Positions 27,336 to 36,283 of a stretch of DNA of 64,000 nucleotides are shown here, piece after piece. Source of the stretch: an uncultured Gammaproteobacteria bacterium (GTDB lineage: Bacteria > Patescibacteriota > Patescibacteriia > UBA1558 > S5-K13); assembly GCA_964424195.1 (NCBI GenBank), contig CAYRHT010000002.1, positions 8,458 to 72,457 on the forward strand, given 5' to 3'. Position numbers and translations under genes: made by a program. How positions within the stretch are numbered: position 1 is the stretch's first letter; each line of letters opens with the position of its first letter. The notes beneath the pieces were generated by a model that saw nothing but the letters and a program-made list of their open reading frames with translations, did not search any database and had not been told where the DNA came from.

Positions 27336-28019
27336 ATGTGGATAAAATTTAGTATTTTAATATTCGTTGCTCTGTTTAATATTAGTTTAGGTTTGATTAT
27401 TTTGTTGAAGAATAAGAATAAAGATAAATCTAAGTTATATTTTTCTCTGATGTGTTTTAGTGCTGGATTATGGAGCTTTGTTTCTGCTTTAGTTCAGATT
27501 ACAACTAATATTCCTTATTATATTTGGATTGATAGATCTATTTATGTTTTTACAAGTTTTTCAGTTTTATTCTTTTTGTTTTTTAGCTATGAATTTCAAT
27601 ATAAAATTAGAAAGATACCTAATATATTAAAGTATTTTTTTATTATACTAACTTTTTTGATGATTTTATTAGTTTTGTCTAATAAATTTATTATTGGTGT
27701 TTATCATTATAATGAATTTTTGTATCAATTAGAAAATAAAGGTTTAAATTTAATTTATGGACTGTATTTTATGATGTTATTAATTTGTAGTTATTATTTA
27801 TTATTTTTTAAGTGTTTTAAATCTCAGGGAATTAATAAATCAGTATTAAAATATCTTATTTATTCTACTTTATTCCCTTTCATACTAGCTGTTTTATTTG
27901 CTTGGTATTTTCCTTATACAGGAAGACATTATTTATATTGGATTGGTCCAATTTTTACAATTATTATGAATTATTTAATATTTCGTTTATTTTTAGGAAA
28001 GACAAAATTAAATGAATAA
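27336..28019 (+). CDS. Stand-alone 7TM sensor-type integral membrane protein (paralog B).
   Basis: It starts 5 nt after paralog A with 'MWIKFSILIFVALFNISLGLIILLKNKNKDKSKLYFSLMCFSAGLWS'. The C-terminal half has diverged. Confidence 0.6.
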   Translation: MWIKFSILIFVALFNISLGLIILLKNKNKDKSKLYFSLMCFSAGLWSFVSALVQITTNIPYYIWIDRSIYVFTSFSVLFFLFFSYEFQYKIRKIPNILKYFFIILTFLMILLVLSNKFIIGVYHYNEFLYQLENKGLNLIYGLYFMMLLICSYYLLFFKCFKSQGINKSVLKYLIYSTLFPFILAVLFAWYFPYTGRHYLYWIGPIFTIIMNYLIFRLFLGKTKLNE

Positions 28020-28977
28020 AGTTTTATTAATCTTTTATGGAGGAACTAAACTTTCTAATAAGAAGGGAAGTTTTATTTTCGTAGAAAAGAAGTCTAATAT
28101 TGAAAGCTGGATGAAAGAGGTGCCAGAGATTTCATTAATGGCGGACGTAAAAACGCTCTTTATAGATAAAAATAGTAGAATCTTAGACAAAAATAATGTT
28201 CAAGAATTAATTCGTCAGATAGAGAATCATATGGATCAAGTTGATGGAGTAGTGATATTACATGATGTTGATACTATTCCTTTGTTAGCTAATCAATTAT
28301 TTTGGCAGATTCAAAACCCTTCTAAACCAATAGTAATTACTGGATCAAATGTAATTGAACAAGCTAATGAATATTTACCAGATTTATCATTTAAAGCTAA
28401 TATTATTAATGCTTTTCAAGTTGTAAATAGTAGTCTTCATGAGATTAGTGTTATTTATGGTAATAGAGTCATTTTAGCTTCTAAGATAGTTCGAACTAAA
28501 TTACATGATTTAAATATATTTAAGGCTATTGATAAAGAGTATTTAGCTAGAATTGATTTTGGATTGTCTATTAAATCTAAAAAGAAATACAAAGAGAAGG
28601 TTAAATATTATTATGATTTTAATTATGATTTTTTGTTTTTTAATTCTATTCCTAGTATAGAAATATTAGAAACATTATTAAGTAAAGATAGTGATTTAAA
28701 GGTTATTGTCTTTAAAGCTTTACCTAATCAGATTATAGAAAGAGAAAAATTAGTGAAAGTTTTTAACTTAGCTCAGAAAAATAAGAAATTAGTTATTTTT
28801 TATAATCAGATTGGTTTTTCTAAAGATTTCTTTAAAGATACAATTTTAACTGTTAGTAAAATTAGTCCAGAGTGTTTAAGTGCTAAGTTATCTTGGATTT
28901 TAGGGCAAACTAAGGATGAGGATAAGATTAGGAGTTTATTAAAGAAGGATATTCAAGGAGAGTTTTTGAATCTATAA
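28012..28977 (+). CDS. L-asparaginase/glutaminase-family protein with a divergent active site.
   Basis: It aligns with type I asparaginase: 'LLIFYGGT' ~ 'YTGGTIGM' and 'DGVVILHDVDTI...KPIVITGSNVI' ~ 'DGFVILHGTDTM...KPVIVTGSQIP'. The second catalytic Thr of the 'HGTDT' motif is replaced (HDVDT). It overlaps the upstream 7TM gene by 8 nt. Confidence 0.55.
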   Translation: MNKVLLIFYGGTKLSNKKGSFIFVEKKSNIESWMKEVPEISLMADVKTLFIDKNSRILDKNNVQELIRQIENHMDQVDGVVILHDVDTIPLLANQLFWQIQNPSKPIVITGSNVIEQANEYLPDLSFKANIINAFQVVNSSLHEISVIYGNRVILASKIVRTKLHDLNIFKAIDKEYLARIDFGLSIKSKKKYKEKVKYYYDFNYDFLFFNSIPSIEILETLLSKDSDLKVIVFKALPNQIIEREKLVKVFNLAQKNKKLVIFYNQIGFSKDFFKDTILTVSKISPECLSAKLSWILGQTKDEDKIRSLLKKDIQGEFLNL

Positions 28978-28981
28978 TTAT

Positions 28982-29593
28982 ATGAAACTATATTATTGTG
29001 CAAATTTAGACAAGATGAGTGATAAGAAGTGGGAGAAAAAGTATATTGCTATCCATAAGTTTTTAGTTAAGAGCGGAATTAGTCTAGTTTCAAATGTTGA
29101 AAAAAAGATGGTAAATGGTGAAAATGAAGCTCGGAAAAGTATTTCCTATGATCAAATTGAAGCAGTTATTATAGAAGGAACGCATATTGCTTCTGATACA
29201 GTATATATTATTGCTACAGCTTTGGCATATAAAAAGCCAGTTTTATATCTAATGGAAAAAGGTCATCAAATACCGGATCAATTATCATATATTAGAAAAG
29301 ATAAAAATCTAGGTAAGAATTTTTTTCTTAAATTTTACAAGTCAGAAGGAAAAGAGGCAGAAAAAATAATCTTTGATTTTTTAGGGTTATTAGAATCTGG
29401 TACTTTAGTAAGAGAAAAAGTTAATGTTAAATTTACTTTAAGAATATCTCCAAGAATAGAGAGATATTTAAATTGGAAAGCTACAAGAATAAAGAAACCT
29501 AAAGCTGAATATGTAAGGGATGTTTTGAATAAAACAGCTATAGAAGATAAGAGTTATAAGTCATTTTTAAAGAAAATAGAGCAAGATTTTTAA
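28982..29593 (+). CDS. Hypothetical protein with a possible C-terminal ribbon-helix-helix-like segment.
   Basis: The C-terminal 'RISPRIERYLNWKATRIKKPKAEYVRDVLNKTA' resembles RHH/CopG-type DNA-binding tails. I do not recognise the N-terminal alpha/beta domain. Confidence 0.3.
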   Translation: MKLYYCANLDKMSDKKWEKKYIAIHKFLVKSGISLVSNVEKKMVNGENEARKSISYDQIEAVIIEGTHIASDTVYIIATALAYKKPVLYLMEKGHQIPDQLSYIRKDKNLGKNFFLKFYKSEGKEAEKIIFDFLGLLESGTLVREKVNVKFTLRISPRIERYLNWKATRIKKPKAEYVRDVLNKTAIEDKSYKSFLKKIEQDF

Positions 29594-29658
29594 CTTTGGA
29601 AAGCCTTATTTTTGTGTTAGAATTAAGTATATAGTCTAATCTATGTACTTATTTTGTT

Positions 29659-31428
29659 ATGGAAAATAATGAGACAATTTATAGTCGTTTTCAAAAAAAT
29701 GTATTAAATAATGGAAAGAAAACGGCGCTAGCTTATGTTAATAATGAAGATTATGAGAAAATAAGTTACCAAGAATTAAATAATTTTGTATTACAGATTG
29801 TTAATTATTTTTTAAGTTTAAAATTGAAAAAGGGGGACAGAGTAATTATCTTAAGTGAGAATAGATGGGAATGGCCAGTGATAGATTTAGCAAGTAATTA
29901 TTTAGGTTTAATTTTAGTACCAATTCATACTACTTATGGCTATAAATACATTAATTATATTATTGAGAAGACTGATCCAAAATTAGTCTTTATTTCAAAT
30001 CAAAAGCTATTTGAAAACTTTAAAAAGATTGATAAGAATTTAATAGATAAATTTCAAGAAATAATTTTGTTAGATAATAATGTAAAGGATGATTTAACAT
30101 TAAAATATTGGTCAGATATTATTAGTAATTTTGATAGTAAAGTTAATATTGATCCGGTTTTAGATTTAGAAACAATCATGACTATTATTTATACATCTGG
30201 AACTACTGGAATGCCCAAGGGAGCTGTTTTAACTAATCATAATATTTTAGTTAATATTGATAATGTTTTGAAATATGTGCCAATATATTCTAATGATAGA
30301 TTTTTTTCTTTCTTACCATTATCACATGTTTTAGAAAGAGTTGCTGGTAATATAGTACCTTTGACATTAGGAGCTTCTATTTATTATAGTCGTAATCCAA
30401 AAACTTTAGTCGACGATATCAAAAAAGCTCAACCAACTATCATGGTCTCGGTTCCGAGAATTTTTGAAAAAATATTTGATAAAATTCATGATAAGTTAAG
30501 AGATGGTTCTAAATTTAAACATCAACTTTTTTATCATGCTTTAAAAGTTGTTAGTAAAATTAATGCTTCTAAAAGAAACAAAGAAAAACCTAATAAATTA
30601 ATATATTTACAATCTAAGGTTTTAGATAGTCTAGTCTTTAAGAAAATTAGGAGTATTTTTGGAGGTCATTTAAGATTGGCAATTTCTGGAGGTTCAAGTT
30701 TAGATAGAAAAATAGCTAGGTTTTTTGAAGACGTGGGAGTCCAAGTAATAGAGGGCTATGGTTTAACAGAAACTTCTCCAATTATTGCTGTGAATAAGAT
30801 AGATGATTATAAATTTGGTACTGTTGGTTCAGTTTTAGCAAATTTAGATTTAAAAATAAATGATGATAAAGAAATTTTGGTTAAAGGAAGCTCAGTGATG
30901 TCTGGTTATTGGCAAGACGAAGAGTCAACAAAGAATGCTCTTCAAGATGGATGGTTTTCTACTGGAGATCTTGGTTTCATGGATAAGGATGGTTTTTTAA
31001 ATATAATTGGTCGTAAGAAGGAAATGATAGTTTTATCAACTGGTAAGAATATTATTCCAGTGAATATTGAATTAGCTGTAAATTATGATCGGTTTATTAC
31101 TCAATCATTAGTTATTGGTTTAAATCGGAAATTTATTACGGCTTTGATTGTTCCCGATTTTGAAGAATTAAAAATATATTGTCAGCAGAATGATATTAAA
31201 TGTAGTGAAAATAAAGATTGTTTAGGAAATGAAAAAATACAGAAATTATATCAGAATCGGATTAATAAGTCTTTAAAAGGTTTTGCAGATTATGAACAGA
31301 TTAAAAGTTTTTATTTAGTAGATCGGGAATTTGATCAAGAACACGATGAATTAACGCCTACTTTGAAGTTGAAGAGGGAGAATATTAAGAGTAATTTCTT
31401 TCAAATAATTGATAAATTTTATGAGTAA
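29659..31428 (+). CDS. Long-chain acyl-CoA (or acyl-ACP) synthetase, AMP-dependent ligase family.
   Basis: AMP-binding signature 'IIYTSGTTGMPKGAVLTNHNIL', plus 'GYGLTETSP' and 'WFSTGDLGFMDKDGFLNIIGRKKEMI'. Confidence 0.85.
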   Translation: MENNETIYSRFQKNVLNNGKKTALAYVNNEDYEKISYQELNNFVLQIVNYFLSLKLKKGDRVIILSENRWEWPVIDLASNYLGLILVPIHTTYGYKYINYIIEKTDPKLVFISNQKLFENFKKIDKNLIDKFQEIILLDNNVKDDLTLKYWSDIISNFDSKVNIDPVLDLETIMTIIYTSGTTGMPKGAVLTNHNILVNIDNVLKYVPIYSNDRFFSFLPLSHVLERVAGNIVPLTLGASIYYSRNPKTLVDDIKKAQPTIMVSVPRIFEKIFDKIHDKLRDGSKFKHQLFYHALKVVSKINASKRNKEKPNKLIYLQSKVLDSLVFKKIRSIFGGHLRLAISGGSSLDRKIARFFEDVGVQVIEGYGLTETSPIIAVNKIDDYKFGTVGSVLANLDLKINDDKEILVKGSSVMSGYWQDEESTKNALQDGWFSTGDLGFMDKDGFLNIIGRKKEMIVLSTGKNIIPVNIELAVNYDRFITQSLVIGLNRKFITALIVPDFEELKIYCQQNDIKCSENKDCLGNEKIQKLYQNRINKSLKGFADYEQIKSFYLVDREFDQEHDELTPTLKLKRENIKSNFFQIIDKFYE

Positions 31429-32395
31429 TAAGTTTTTATTTACTACGCAATTAAGACATATAAACGATTTGGATATGAAATATTCATTTCTAAGATTCAT
31501 TCCAAGATGTATAAAATATTTTTTATTAAAAATATACCCTATTAAGTATAAAATATATCCTTTATTAGAAAAAGGGAATATTAAGGGATATTTATTAGTA
31601 TTTTTATACACATCAAAACAAATTATTTCTAATAAAAAATATTTTAGTACTTTATTTTTGAAGATTATTAAAAAAATTAAACGTAAAATGAATTTTTCTA
31701 TTGTTGGATTAGGTTCTTTTACTTCAGTTGTTTCTCATGGTGGTGTAGATTATCATAATTCTATAAAGGATGTGTCATTTACAAACGGTAATGCTTTGAC
31801 TACTTATGTTACTTTTAAGCATTTATTGCAAATACTTGATTTTTTAGATAAAAAAATAAGTATAGCTGTTATTGGCGCGAATGGTTCTATAGGATCAGCT
31901 ATCACAGCTTTAATATGTCAGTCTGGAATGTTTGGTGATGTAATGTGTATAGTTAGAAATAATACAAGTGTTTTAGATTCTTATAATTTAAATAATATTT
32001 TAATATCTTCTGATATTAATAAAATATCATCATATGATGTTATTGTTATGTGTACTTCAAGTAAAGAGGTTTTATTAGATAAAATAAATCTTAAACCTGG
32101 TGTGATTATTTATGATATTACTCAGCCGTCTAATATTTCTGATAATTTTAAACATAAAAAGAATGTTAAAGTTTTTACTGGGGGATTATTAAAATTAGGA
32201 TCAAACTTGAAATTGAATATTGATTTAGGATATGGTAAAGATATAATTTACGGTTGTTTAGGGGAAACAATTTTATTGTCAATGTTTAAATATGATCAAG
32301 ATTTTTCTTTAGGACATGTAACTATTGATAAAGTTGAACAAATAGGAAATATGTTAAATGAATCAGAAATAAAAGTAATAAAATTAAAATTATGA
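31409..32395 (+). CDS. NAD(P)-binding reductase homologous to cyanobacterial acyl-ACP reductase (AAR, fatty-aldehyde forming).
   Basis: It aligns with AAR: 'LGSFTSVV' ~ 'LGGFTSII', 'FTNGNALTTYVTF' ~ 'FTTGNTHTAYVIC', 'IAVIGANGSIGSAI' ~ 'VAVVGATGDIGSAV'. It overlaps the synthetase by 20 nt and the kinase by 4 nt. Confidence 0.55.
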   Translation: MINFMSNKFLFTTQLRHINDLDMKYSFLRFIPRCIKYFLLKIYPIKYKIYPLLEKGNIKGYLLVFLYTSKQIISNKKYFSTLFLKIIKKIKRKMNFSIVGLGSFTSVVSHGGVDYHNSIKDVSFTNGNALTTYVTFKHLLQILDFLDKKISIAVIGANGSIGSAITALICQSGMFGDVMCIVRNNTSVLDSYNLNNILISSDINKISSYDVIVMCTSSKEVLLDKINLKPGVIIYDITQPSNISDNFKHKKNVKVFTGGLLKLGSNLKLNIDLGYGKDIIYGCLGETILLSMFKYDQDFSLGHVTIDKVEQIGNMLNESEIKVIKLKL

Positions 32396-34590
32396 GATCC
32401 TTATTATTATTTTTAATAGCGTGTATAAATTTGTTTTTAGGATTGATTATTCTCACTAAAGGTAAAAGTAAAAAATATAATATTTATTATTTTTTAGTTG
32501 TTTTATCTTTGTCGTTTTGGTCGCTTGGAGTGGGGATGTTTTATTATAATACAGATATTAGTTTTTATGACGTTTTTTTTGTAAAAGTATTATATTTTTT
32601 TGGCTCACTTATATCTACTAGTTTTTTAGGATTTGTTTTATCTTTTCCTAAAGATAAGAAAATAAATTTAAAATGGAATGTATTACTATTTTCCCCTAAT
32701 TTTTTATTATTCTATTTAATCTTTATAACAAATAATGTTATAGATAGTGTATATATTGATACTTTTAAAAAAATAGCATATGGTAACTATTTATTTATTT
32801 TTAATATAGAATTTATACTTATATTATTGGTAGCATATCTAATTTTATTAAAAAAATATTTTTTAGTTAAAAATAAAAATTCTTTATTAAAAAAACAATT
32901 ACAGTATATTACTATAGGAACTTTGATTTCTGCAATGATTGGTTCTTTTTGTAATATTATATTACCGGCTTTAGGAAATTTTTCAGTATTTTGGGTTGGT
33001 CCAGTTTCTACAATATTTATGGTGGGTTTATTTACTTATGCTATTACGCGTTATCGTCTCATGGATATCCGTCTAGTGATATCTAAAAGTATTTTGTACG
33101 TAGCTTTGGTTGGTATTATTACTTTCTTGTTTACTACAGCCACTTTGTTAACTGGAGAAATCTTTGTTGATATACCAGGGGTATCAAAGACATTAATTAC
33201 TTTAGGTGTTTCTTTAATAATAGTTATAGGAATTGATCCTCTGAAAAGATTTTTAAATAATATTACTGATAAAGTATTCTATAGAGGTAAAATTGATTAT
33301 CAAGATGTTTTAAGAAAGTTAGGTGGAATCATTGCTAAAGAAATTGATCTAAAAAAACTACTTATTGATTTATCTCATAATATTGAAGAGTTATTAAAGT
33401 ATAAAGAGGTAGATTTTTTGTATAAGAGTAATAGTTCTGGAATTTACCGAGGAATTATTAATAATAATGAGGTGATCACAGATAAAGAAGAAATAGTTAA
33501 ATATTTAGAAGATTCACGGGAGATTATTCTTACTGAAGAATTAGAAATTAAAGCACGTGATAAGGGTGTAGAAGAAAAAAAATATCTTCTTTCTATAGCT
33601 AAACGTTTACGAACAATGAATATTGGATTAATAGCTCCAATAATATCAGAAAATAATATCATTGCTTTTTTGATTATTAATAAGAAGTTATCAGACGATG
33701 TTTTTTCTACTCCAGATTTAAATTTAATATCAGTAATGACTCCTCAAATTGCTAATGCTTTAGAAAAGGCTAAACTATATAGCGAAGTTCAAGAATTTAA
33801 TGTTAAATTACAAGAAAAGGTGGATAAAGCTACTGGAGAATTAAAACGTGCTAATATTGATTTAAAAGAAGCCAATGTTCATTTAAAGCAATTAGATGAG
33901 GCTAAATCAGAATTTTTATCAATTGCTTCTCATCAATTGAGAACTCCATTAACTGGAATAAAAGGATATTTATCTATGATTCTAGAGGGGGACTATGGAA
34001 AGATGGATAAAAAACAAGAAAAGATTATTCAAGATGTATTTAATGCTAGTGATCGAATGAGTAGATTAATTAATGTCTTCTTAAATGTTTCTCGAATTGA
34101 ATCTGGTCGTTTGAAATTAGACTATACAGATGTTAATTTAGGAAATCTAATTAATGAATGTATTAAAGACTTGCACTCAACTGCTCAAGAAAAAGGTTTA
34201 GAGTTGAATTTTAAGTATCAGAAGAATGAAATTCCGTTAGTAAGCGTTGATTCTGATAAAATGAAAGATGTAGTTTTAAATTTAATTGATAATGCTATTA
34301 AATATACCCATAAAGGTAGGATTGATATTAAATTATTAAAAGAAGGGGAGGATAAAATTTTAGTTCAAATTAAGGATACTGGTATAGGTTTAGATCAAGC
34401 TGGAATAGAAAAATTATTTAGTAAATTTTCTCGAGGGGATGGTATTTCTAAGATTAATACAGGCGGTTCTGGGTTAGGTCTTTATATCGTGAAAAGAATT
34501 ATTGAAGAACATGGTGGAAAAGCTTGGGTAGAGAGTGATGGAGTGGGTAAGGGAAGTACTTTTCAATTTACTCTACCGATTAATAAATAG
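32392..34590 (+). CDS. Sensor histidine kinase with an N-terminal 7TM sensor, a GAF-like region, HisKA and HATPase_c.
   Basis: H-box 'ASHQLRTPLTGIKGY'; N/G boxes 'LIDNAIKYT' and 'DTGIGL...GGSGLGLYIVKRIIEEHGG'. Seven N-terminal helices are paralogous to 26659 and 27336. No response regulator lies in the window. Confidence 0.85.
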   Translation: MRSLLLFLIACINLFLGLIILTKGKSKKYNIYYFLVVLSLSFWSLGVGMFYYNTDISFYDVFFVKVLYFFGSLISTSFLGFVLSFPKDKKINLKWNVLLFSPNFLLFYLIFITNNVIDSVYIDTFKKIAYGNYLFIFNIEFILILLVAYLILLKKYFLVKNKNSLLKKQLQYITIGTLISAMIGSFCNIILPALGNFSVFWVGPVSTIFMVGLFTYAITRYRLMDIRLVISKSILYVALVGIITFLFTTATLLTGEIFVDIPGVSKTLITLGVSLIIVIGIDPLKRFLNNITDKVFYRGKIDYQDVLRKLGGIIAKEIDLKKLLIDLSHNIEELLKYKEVDFLYKSNSSGIYRGIINNNEVITDKEEIVKYLEDSREIILTEELEIKARDKGVEEKKYLLSIAKRLRTMNIGLIAPIISENNIIAFLIINKKLSDDVFSTPDLNLISVMTPQIANALEKAKLYSEVQEFNVKLQEKVDKATGELKRANIDLKEANVHLKQLDEAKSEFLSIASHQLRTPLTGIKGYLSMILEGDYGKMDKKQEKIIQDVFNASDRMSRLINVFLNVSRIESGRLKLDYTDVNLGNLINECIKDLHSTAQEKGLELNFKYQKNEIPLVSVDSDKMKDVVLNLIDNAIKYTHKGRIDIKLLKEGEDKILVQIKDTGIGLDQAGIEKLFSKFSRGDGISKINTGGSGLGLYIVKRIIEEHGGKAWVESDGVGKGSTFQFTLPINK

Positions 34591-34607
34591 ATTGATTATT
34601 TTGAGAT

Positions 34608-35078
34608 ATGTATATTATTCATGAACAAAAACAAAGATCTAGTATTATAGTTATATTAATATATATTATTTCTTCTATAATTCTATTATTAGTTGTTATT
34701 AATCCAAGATTCTTAAGTTTACCGGAATTAACAAAAGTTTCTAGAATAGTTTTAATTATAGTTTTATTAATTGATATCTTTTTTTTAGAAAGTTTTTACG
34801 AATTGAAATTTAAAATAACTAATGAAGGTTTAGAATTTGGTTATGGTTTATTGAAGAATAAAATTAGTAAAAATAGTATTAAATCAATCTCAATTTATAG
34901 TTCTAAAGGCAATTTTTTTGGTTATGGTATTAGGTTTAATAAAAGTAAGGTAATGGGATTTATAGCTCAACATGGTGAAGGTTTAGAAATAACTCATAAA
35001 GACCAAAGGAAGTTTTTTATTACTATGAATAATCCACAAGAAGCCTTAGATATTATTAAAGAAAATAACTATGTATAA
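34608..35078 (+). CDS. Hypothetical membrane protein (bacterial PH-like?).
   Basis: An N-terminal hydrophobic helix followed by a small soluble domain. It overlaps pgk by 8 nt. Confidence 0.35.
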   Translation: MYIIHEQKQRSSIIVILIYIISSIILLLVVINPRFLSLPELTKVSRIVLIIVLLIDIFFLESFYELKFKITNEGLEFGYGLLKNKISKNSIKSISIYSSKGNFFGYGIRFNKSKVMGFIAQHGEGLEITHKDQRKFFITMNNPQEALDIIKENNYV

Positions 35079-36264
35079 ATTTAAGAGCATTAGAAAAATA
35101 GGGGATTTACAGGGCAAAAAAGTTTTGTTGAAGTTAGATTTGAATTTATCTTTAGATAAAACTGGAACAGTTAATGAAGATTCTGTATTAAGGATTGAAT
35201 CAGTATTGCCAACTATAAATTATTTAATGGATAAAGGATCTAGAATAATAATAATTTCCTATTTAGGTCGACCAGCTGGTAAATTTGTAGAAGAATTAAA
35301 GATGAATCCAGTAGCAGAGCTATTATCAAAATATGTAAATAAAGAAGTAAAGAAATTAGATTCTAGTATGGTTCAAAATACAAAGAAAGATATTGATAAT
35401 ATGGGAGATTCCGATATTATTTTGTTGGAAAATATTAGATTCTATAAAGAAGAAAAAGAAAATGATGAGAAAATGGCAGAATCCTTAGCTAAATTATTTG
35501 ATATTTATGTTAATGATTCATTTTCTAATGCTCATCGAAAACATATGTCATCCTGTGCAATTACGAACTTTTTACCTAGTTATATGGGATTTAAATTCCA
35601 AGAAGAAATAGAAAATTTAAATAATATTTTAGAAATGGATTGTTCTAATCGCTTATTAATTTTAGGAGGAGCTAAACTTAAAACTAAGTTAGTTTTAATT
35701 GAAAAATTGAAAGATAAGTTTGATAAGATATTATTAGGTGGAGTAATGGCTAATACTTTTTTAAAGGCTAGAGGAATGGATATTGGTAAATCTATTTTTG
35801 AAGAGGAGTGTTTAGAAAAAGCAAAAAATATTGATAGCGACAAAATTATTCTTCCAATAGATATTTTAGTTTCCAAAGAGATTAACAATGAGTCATCTAT
35901 TTTAACTAAAGACATAGAAGAGATAAATTCAGATGAATTAATTTTAGACATAGGTCCTAAAACAATTAAATTATTTTTAGATTATATTAAGAGTACTGAT
36001 TTAATACTTTGGAATGGTCCGATGGGATATTTTGAATTAAATCAATTTAAAAATGGAACTCAAGAATTAATTACAGCTATGGTTAGTTCTAAAGCAAAAA
36101 TATATACTGGAGGAGGGGAGACTATTACTGTTTTAAATGAAATGAAGATGAATCAAGATTTTAATTTTGTTTCTACTGGAGGAGGAGCAATGCTAGAATT
36201 TTTAGCTGGGAATGAACTACCAGCTTTACAAGCTTTAGAAGATAATGTTTTAAAATTTAAGTAA
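35071..36264 (+). CDS. pgk: Phosphoglycerate kinase.
   Basis: 'KKVLLKLDLN', 'ENIRFYKEEKEN', the 'GGGA' C-terminal hinge and 397 aa length. Confidence 0.9.
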   Translation: MYKFKSIRKIGDLQGKKVLLKLDLNLSLDKTGTVNEDSVLRIESVLPTINYLMDKGSRIIIISYLGRPAGKFVEELKMNPVAELLSKYVNKEVKKLDSSMVQNTKKDIDNMGDSDIILLENIRFYKEEKENDEKMAESLAKLFDIYVNDSFSNAHRKHMSSCAITNFLPSYMGFKFQEEIENLNNILEMDCSNRLLILGGAKLKTKLVLIEKLKDKFDKILLGGVMANTFLKARGMDIGKSIFEEECLEKAKNIDSDKIILPIDILVSKEINNESSILTKDIEEINSDELILDIGPKTIKLFLDYIKSTDLILWNGPMGYFELNQFKNGTQELITAMVSSKAKIYTGGGETITVLNEMKMNQDFNFVSTGGGAMLEFLAGNELPALQALEDNVLKFK

Positions 36265-36283
36265 ATAAATTAAATATAAAAAT

